Of a DNA stretch of 64,000 bases, positions 58,001 to 64,000 are shown piece after piece (the stretch's first letter is position 1; each line of letters starts with the position of its first letter). The notes beneath the pieces were generated by a model. That model did not search any database and was not told the DNA's origin. It saw nothing but the letters and a program-made list of their open reading frames with translations. Source of the stretch: Azolla caroliniana (taxonomy: Eukaryota > Plantae > Polypodiophyta); NCBI GenBank assembly GCA_043228905.1, contig JBHGNT010000005.1, positions 11,284,001 to 11,348,000 of the forward strand. Reading direction: 5' to 3'. The position numbers and the translations under genes were made by a program.

Positions 58001-58270
58001 CTCGGTATTCGGCAGGAGGAGTACCGACTCTACTGCGACAGTGAGAGTGCCATCCACCTTGCGAAGAACGCGGCCTATCACTCCCGAACGAAGCACATCC
58101 AGCGAAGATATCACTGGATCCGGGAAAGGATAGAAGACCAGGAGTTCGTGCTGACGAAGATCCACACGGACGAGAACGGCTCAGATATGCTGACCAAAGT
58201 GCTCACACCCGACAAGCTGGAAGCATGCCGGAAGAGGATCGGATTGGAGAGACATCCCATGCCGAAGTGA
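55094..58270 (+). CDS. Uninterrupted copia pol (PR-INT-RT-RH), 1058 aa
   Basis: VVDSGAS; HKRLCH…CTDC; DNGGEY; YVDD; TDSD/EAEY/KHI. No stops. Confidence 0.93.
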   Translation: MLITEERELNLADVEMTWVVDSGASFHLTPERRYFSSYTAGEHGCVRMGNEGTCRIAGIGDVWLTTPTGCKMLLKDVRHVLEVRLNLISAGRLDDEGYTGSIRNGVMKFSKGSLIVARARKVNTLYLMNSRLCPEELNVAADTAGELWHKRLCHMSEKGMKRLAEDNLIPVQHVHLEKCTDCLAGKQNRTSFHSRPPTRRSAPLEPVHTDVCQVETKSHGGAQYFVTFIDDHSRKLWTAPLKTKDQVLCVFKELHARVERESGKKLKAIRADNGGEYRGQFQEYCRSKGIRLEFTVPKTPELNGLAERMNRTIMERVRSMLAHAKLPKGFWAEAMSTATYVINRSPSVPLDGDTPQKVWTGKEVSYRHLKVFGCLAYVHVAKDRRGKLDPKTRPCIFLGYGDDEFGYRVWDPVDKKIFRSRDIIFMEDKTLADLESEKKMNSSKSTGEDKLYEEQSRPARDRLALEDPAEDGEETEPAEEDENDTGTGPDPEMDSDEEESEEPVTEAPERRYPLRERRAPRRFPEPEHVLLTDKGEPESFEEAKHDTQSRRWLSAMQDEMDSLHENHTYELVELPKGKRALRNKWVFKLKPGDAGNPPRYKARIVVKGFQQKKGVDFDEIFAPVVKMTSIRTVLSIAASMDLEVEQMDVKTAFLHGDLEEEIYMQQPEGFEKKGKEHLVCRLKKSLYGLKQAPRQWYRKFDSFMTDEGYHKTQSDHCVFVKKFEGGDSLILLLYVDDMLIVGRDQGKIRMLKKALHRTFSMKDLGPARQILGMHIIRDRKKKQLRLSQEKYVTKVLHRFNMSEARPVGSTLPANCKLSSKQSPKTKAEKEDMMKVPYASAIGSLMYAMVCTRPDIGYAVGVVSRYMSNPGKEHWNAVKWILRYLKGTANVCLRFGSGKPKLDGFTDSDMSADADTSRSTSGYVMTYAGGAVSWQSRLQKTVALSTTEAEYMAAVEAGKEMIWMKDFIRELGIRQEEYRLYCDSESAIHLAKNAAYHSRTKHIQRRYHWIRERIEDQEFVLTKIHTDENGSDMLTKVLTPDKLEACRKRIGLERHPMPK

Positions 58271-58686
58271 AGGGGGAGTTTGTTGGGATTTCGGTCCCTC
58301 CGGATGGGATGTCCGGAGATGAATGCCGGCAAACCCGGTTCCGGTTACGGAGCCGGATGATGAAGACCCCGGCTACGGAGCCGGATGATGAATACCCCGG
58401 CTACGGAGCCGGATGATGAATACCCCGGCTACGGAGCCGGATGATGAATACCCCGGCTACGGAGCCGGATGATGAAGACCCCGGTTACGGAGCCGGATGA
58501 CGAATGTACCCGGAGAGAAATCCGGATGCGGGGACATATTTGTGAATATGTTTGCCAAGAGCCCTTGAGGCTATATTGGTAAATAGCCCGAAAGTCATAT
58601 GTGTATAAATATGACTTAGGGCAAACAGTTTAAACGTTGTTGCTCATTTTTATGGCTTTAGCTGAGAGAGCGAAGTGAGAGCAGCC

Positions 58687-58718
<32 letters not shown>

Positions 58719-61700
58719 GAGGTCGACGCCTCTGTGTAATACCGCCGCCTGTGGCGAAGACAGTGAGCTCAAGGTTGTTGCCTTGTAGCTTCACCAGTGT
58801 ACATCCCTGTTCATAGTGATAGTTGGAGTCTGAGGACTCCCGTGGTTTTTCCCATTTAGGGTTTTCCACGTAAAACACCCTGTGTACTCTTCTCCCTTTT
58901 TTTTGTCTTCGTGCATTTTGTATTTCCTGTTTTCTGTGAGTTGATCCTATTCCTCGGCTCTGGCCGAGCACGGTTTTTTCAACAGGAACGCTCTGAACTT
59001 AGATGCCAGGCCCCCAAGAGAGACCTGGACCATCTCGTCTTCCTCTACGGTAACGTTGATAGAGGCAAGTGAGTCACAGATCTCTTTGATCCGGGCCGTG
59101 TAATCCGCCACCGGCACGTCCTTCTATCAGACATTTCTCAACTCCTATCGGAGTTGCAGCTTCCAGGCTGTACTGCTCGCGGCAAAAACCTTCTTCAGGT
59201 TCCCCTAAGCCTCCTTCAGCGTCTTAGCGTCTCGGATGTGGCTCAGCAGCTGGTCTCCAACACTAGATGCGAAGCAGTACATCACTCTGCTTGTCAATTG
59301 TTCCCACACTGGGAAGTCCTTATGTGCCACATCAGGTGTTGTTTCGTTGGCTCCTTCGACGAAACTCCAGTAGCCATGCCCAAGCAGGTATTGGTGCATC
59401 TTAAGATGCATAGTTGGATCTGTCGAGTTTGTCCACAGGGAGTGAGCTAGCCATCCCTCTATCCATCACTTCTTTGACTGCTGTTTTACGACCTGTTAAG
59501 GTTTGCTTTCAAGCGTTTGTCGGTTGCAGAGGAGGTTCTCAACCCTCACGCTCTGATACCATGTAAAGGATTACTGCGGAAGCGTTAGAAAACAGAGAAG
59601 GTAGGGAATACACAGAGTACAAGGGAGAGACAGAGAGAGCAGAACGTAAAAGCTATATTCAAAACGATATGATCACTCTGTACATATAACTATCCTCAGT
59701 AGCACTATTTATACAAGTCCTCGTGGGACTGACAAAAGTACCACGTACTTCAATGCTCACACGAGCATTTGACACTTACTACGAGACTATAATTGCCTAG
59801 TAGTATACACTAATACTAGGCTTTCGGTTACTGATTGGATCCAGCTAACCGGCTCCCCAGCTCATCGGCTCTGTTGCTTGCCAACTCGGTTGCTCACAGC
59901 TTACCGATCCGTCTCGCTTGCCGGCTCAGGCTTATTCAGCCGATCCGGCTCCAGTTGAGATTGTCGCTCAACATCTTGCATGCTCCATTGTCTCCCATTT
60001 TTACAGAGCCATAGTCACCAATTGTGTAAGATAAGAAGCATTCTCTTGAGGGAGTTAAATAGAACGATACACCGGAGTCAATCACCCAGGTGCACTCGTC
60101 ATTTGCAAGGTTTGCACTCTCTTGCTCACAAATGAACAAAAGCTCTTCTTCGATTGTAGCCACGACTGAAGTGCCCTTTTCTTCAGAAATCTTTCTGGGT
60201 TCAACATTGTTTGGAGCACCTTTGTCTTTCTTAAGGTGTCGACATTGTTTCTAGAAGTGTCCAAGATTTCCGCAATCAAAGCATGTAAGCTTTCCTGTGG
60301 ACTTGGATTTGGCCTGAGACTTAATCTCTTCTATGTGGACTTCTCTACTTGTTTCTTCCTCTACCCGAATGTTGTGACACATTTGCCTCCGCTTGGGATA
60401 GGACACCCTTGTCCTTTCTTCTTGCCTCCTCATTTAGGATACTTTTCTTTACCACTTGCAAGGACAAGTTTTCTTCTTGGCATGAGGTACTGAGAGACAC
60501 CACCAATAGTAGTAGCAGTTTAGCATGAGGTACTGAGGTACTTTTTGGTAGAGTACATAGCAGTAGCAAGGCCTGCATAGCATCATCTAATGGAAACTTT
60601 GTTGCCGCAAGTTGATTCACCAACCCCATGAAGGCGTTAATGTGTACCACAATGCTTTCTCCATCTTTGAACTTCAGTCTCACGATCTTTCTCATCAGAG
60701 AGGTTTTATTTAAGTTATTCTTCCTCTCGTACAACCCTAACAGTTTGTGCCACATTTTGTAGGTGTTTGTGTCGTTAACTACATGTTGCAGAACAATCAC
60801 ATCTACACATTGTCTAATGGTGGCCACTACCTTCCGGTTTAGGAGTTTCCATTTAGACTCCAATACCCCTATGGGTATTTCACTTCAGTCTATGGGTTCA
60901 TACAGATCTTTGAATATCAGAAGATTTTCCATCTTGAACTTACGTTTAAAGTAGTTGTGTGAGTTTAGGACTATCATACCTGGGAAGCCGCTCACACCTC
61001 TTTCCATTCTTGCACCTCAAATTTTTGATACCAGTTCATGTAGTTTAGAACGTAGATCTATGAGAAAGATGAACTAAAATACACAATGCAGAAATAGAAA
61101 ACAACAAAATAGACGAAATACATCGTACACAATATTTATGTGGAAACCCTAAAACGGGAAAACCACAAGGCAACTGATCTTCCACTATATACAGAGAATA
61201 CAAGAGAAGGAACATATTACAACGACTCTATTGAATCAGAGTATTCCCAATTAGGGTTGTGGCACGCTCTCTCTCGCATCTCACTTCTTCTCTTTGCTAC
61301 TCACCCTTCTACACTCTACAACTACAAAGGCTCTATCTCCATCATTACACGATAAGTTTGCCCTAGCTATTCCTTTTTTTTATTATATGAGGGATATGTT
61401 GTTATTATTATTATATATAAGTAATAATGATAATGATAATTAATCGGCCCAACTAGTTGGCCTTGTCTTCGACCATCCGGTCAGCCTGACTAGTCAGCCT
61501 TGTCTTCGACTTGAAGCATCCATCCAATGTAGTCGACTATCACAATCAACTCTCTATCTCCTTCAAAACCAATCGACCGCCTTGTCGACTCATTGGTCAA
61601 TCCAATCAAGCATCCTACATTCGGCTTGTCAAGTCGACTGCCAACTTCTTCCTTGACTTCGATTGTTTTGTCGACTTCTCCCATAGGAGAGACAAATTCC

Positions 61701-63516
61701 TAACATGATGGGTGAGGAACAATACCAAACACATTATCAATGTGATTGATCATGCATCATGGGACATTGAATCCACCTAGGAATTCGCAAAATAATTAAA
61801 CCTTTCTAATATCAGTATTTATTGTACACATTTAATTTTAACATCATTTAAGATCACATTATAATAACCCAATAATTGCCAAACCAGTCAATTACATTTA
61901 GCTTTTTGCATAGCTAATTAGTTATCTCAAGGAGACAACTAATTGTTCTGGTTCCCATGCTTTCAACCAAGACTAGGTGAGGAGAATATTGGAACGAGGG
62001 GAATGCTACATCTTCTTTTCTAGTGGTTGGTGTCACAACCCAAAAAATTGAGCACGAACCTCATGACAAATTCTTCCCGTCGTGATGCAAATTTCTTGAT
62101 GTGATAACTTGAGAACTTGTCTTTCTGCCAATTTTGCTCGAACCCCCCTCATAATGAGTTCTCTTTTTCCTTTTATAGGCTTCTAAAGCTCTTCACGCAA
62201 ATAAGAACAATAACTATCCATTTTCACATGCACCTCATGTCCTTGTTGTGAGCAAAATTTCAATATCTACTAGCATACTTCTCATTCATCCCATTGACAT
62301 CCACTTAAAAATCATAGTCCAAACAAGACTTTAACCCCTAGTGTTTTGCCCTTAACATAAGCTCTTGACAATTGAGCCATATCTTTTTGTTGTCTTTGCC
62401 TTTATCTTATTCTCAGACATGGTTTTCTACTTCCCTAACCTTCAATATATATTTAGTTTTAACCCAGCTCCTCATGCACGCACCTCGCATCATGTCAATG
62501 TCCAGATGATCATGATGGAATGTTTGCCTCAGAAATCCAAGCTACGTAGCCTATTCTCCATTAAGGTTAAAAATTATGAATTTTGTTAATGTTAGTCCCA
62601 TTTTGAATGCAAAAGAGTTTTTCTTTATGCTATATCAAGGAAAAATGCATGTAATTATGAAATAAAAAATGGGAATGTGAAGGACTCCCTTTGTTGAAAA
62701 AGAAAGTGTTTTTTCCAAAACATGAAAAAGAAAGTATTGATTGTCTATTCAAGCACTTGCGAGAGACAAATCTCTCTAATAAATATTTAAAGGCTTTGCA
62801 TACACATTTTGATGTCACTTAGAAGTCGACAAATCAATTATCAAAATGATTCTCGAATAGGAACAATATGTGCATTTTGTATTATAAGAAATGGCAAACA
62901 ATCGGTTCAAATGTGTGACAATAGTCAAATTCAATGAAAGTGAATGTATTGAACTTTGAATACTTTATTGAAAGGCGGAATATAAACTTGTATTGTTTAC
63001 ACGAAGGAACTATTTCCAGTCTTTTCTTACTTTGAAAGTGATTTACTAACTTGGAGAAACAATTAAGTCAATATGTATTGCATTAATAAGTTTTAGTTTT
63101 TATAATAGCAACTAAGATTCTATATGGAATGGCGAATGTTTGAATAGTTTGACCAAGTTTTGAATGATCCAGTGCTTACAAAACAGTAATAGAAAAAGGT
63201 ACTTGAACATACATGGGCATCCTTACATTTGGAAGAGGAAGAGTTCTTAGGACACAATTATTGCAATGTCAGCTATGTGATATTGAAGTAATGAGACAAA
63301 ATGCATACAAGGGGATGGGCTCTAGCATGCACGCCACGTGCACTTTACATTTAGGAGAAGACAATTGTGATGCCTCCACCAACAATATTTTGTTGTTGTT
63401 TTGTTTTTAGTTTGGTGCACAAGATTGTTGATTAAACAATGCCATGCATGAACACACTTGATGATGATTGATGGTTGATTCATCAAAACATTAATACTAT
63501 GGTGGTCTTGAGAAAG

Positions 63517-63808
63517 TTGTATGTGCATGTCCATCTACATGTGACAATGTCCTTTGAATGCTTGGTTGGGTATTGAACCCGATGATCTCAATTGATGAAT
63601 ACAATAAAATAGCTTCACTAACTATAAAGGGGAAAGTATGAAGAGAAAGATTAATAAAGGGATTGTATGTGCATGTCCATCTACATGTGACAATGTCCTT
63701 CGAATGCTTTGCTGGGTATTGAACCCCATGATCTCAATTGATGAATACAATAAAATAGGTTGGCTAACTATAAAGGGGGAAGTATGAAGAGAAAGATTAA
63801 TAAAGGGA
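63517..63808. repeat. Two-copy tandem duplication (146-bp period)
   Basis: ttgtatgtgcatgtccatctac…taaaggg starts at 63517 and 63663. Confidence 0.9.
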
Positions 63809-64000
63809 CATTTTCTGGGAAAGTTCTTAGAGAAACACTTAACAAATCCACATTCAAATTTAGAATTTAAGAAGAATATTAAAGCAATAAAATGTCAAGT
63901 AAGAAAGAGGGAAATTTTAATATTGAAAGGTCAACAACGAGAGAATAAGGAAATGTGGAGCAAGAAAGAAATTTTAATATTAGAACATCAAGTGAAAGAA

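Larger units (their letters stand above)
53948..58984 (+). mobile_element. Young Ty1/copia element with a gag deletion
   Basis: LTRs 53948-54621 and 58281-58984. Perfect TSD GGAAC. PBS 54625-54636. PPT 58269-58278. Confidence 0.97.
50219..59973 (-). mobile_element. Ty1/copia element, degenerate, most of the integrase deleted
   Basis: LTRs 50219-50631 and 59562-59973. Perfect TSD TCTTG. PBS 59550-59561. PPT 50632-50640. Motifs CWYCGKKGH, LLYVDD, KNPVFHART. Confidence 0.92.
49363..61705 (-). mobile_element. Old copia 5' half (LTR ~61038-61705, gag-PR 59974-61010, PR-INT 49363-50218), outermost of a triple nest
   Basis: PBS tttgatacca at 61024-61033. The PR-region sequence GACK/IVSIGSVCLTTSTG rejoins across the 50219-59973 insertion. 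Confidence 0.78.

Noticed and set aside
61920-62540. Possible decayed coding remnant on the - strand
   Set aside because: Many stops and no recognisable motif; a translated search would be needed.

Overview
Eukaryotic, almost certainly plant, repeat-rich DNA, probably from a non-seed plant (inferred from the element types). No conventional host gene is recognisable. Most of the window is nested Ty1/copia and Ty3/gypsy LTR retrotransposons, several with perfect 5-bp TSDs. The exception is a 9.1-kb cut-and-paste DNA transposon at 2719-11847 (36-bp TIRs, probable 4-bp TAAA TSD, Sola1-like DDE transposase on +). Head-to-head on the - strand it carries a six-exon gene for a ~974-aa protein that fuses a ParB/Srx-like domain to a prokaryotic-type beta-class N4-C/N6-A DNA amino-methyltransferase. 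Intron 1 of that gene holds seven copies (one degenerate) of a 25-bp palindrome, separated mostly by exactly 26-bp spacers (51-bp period). Both genes in this copy carry one in-frame TAG. Family names come from motif recognition by eye, not from database searches.
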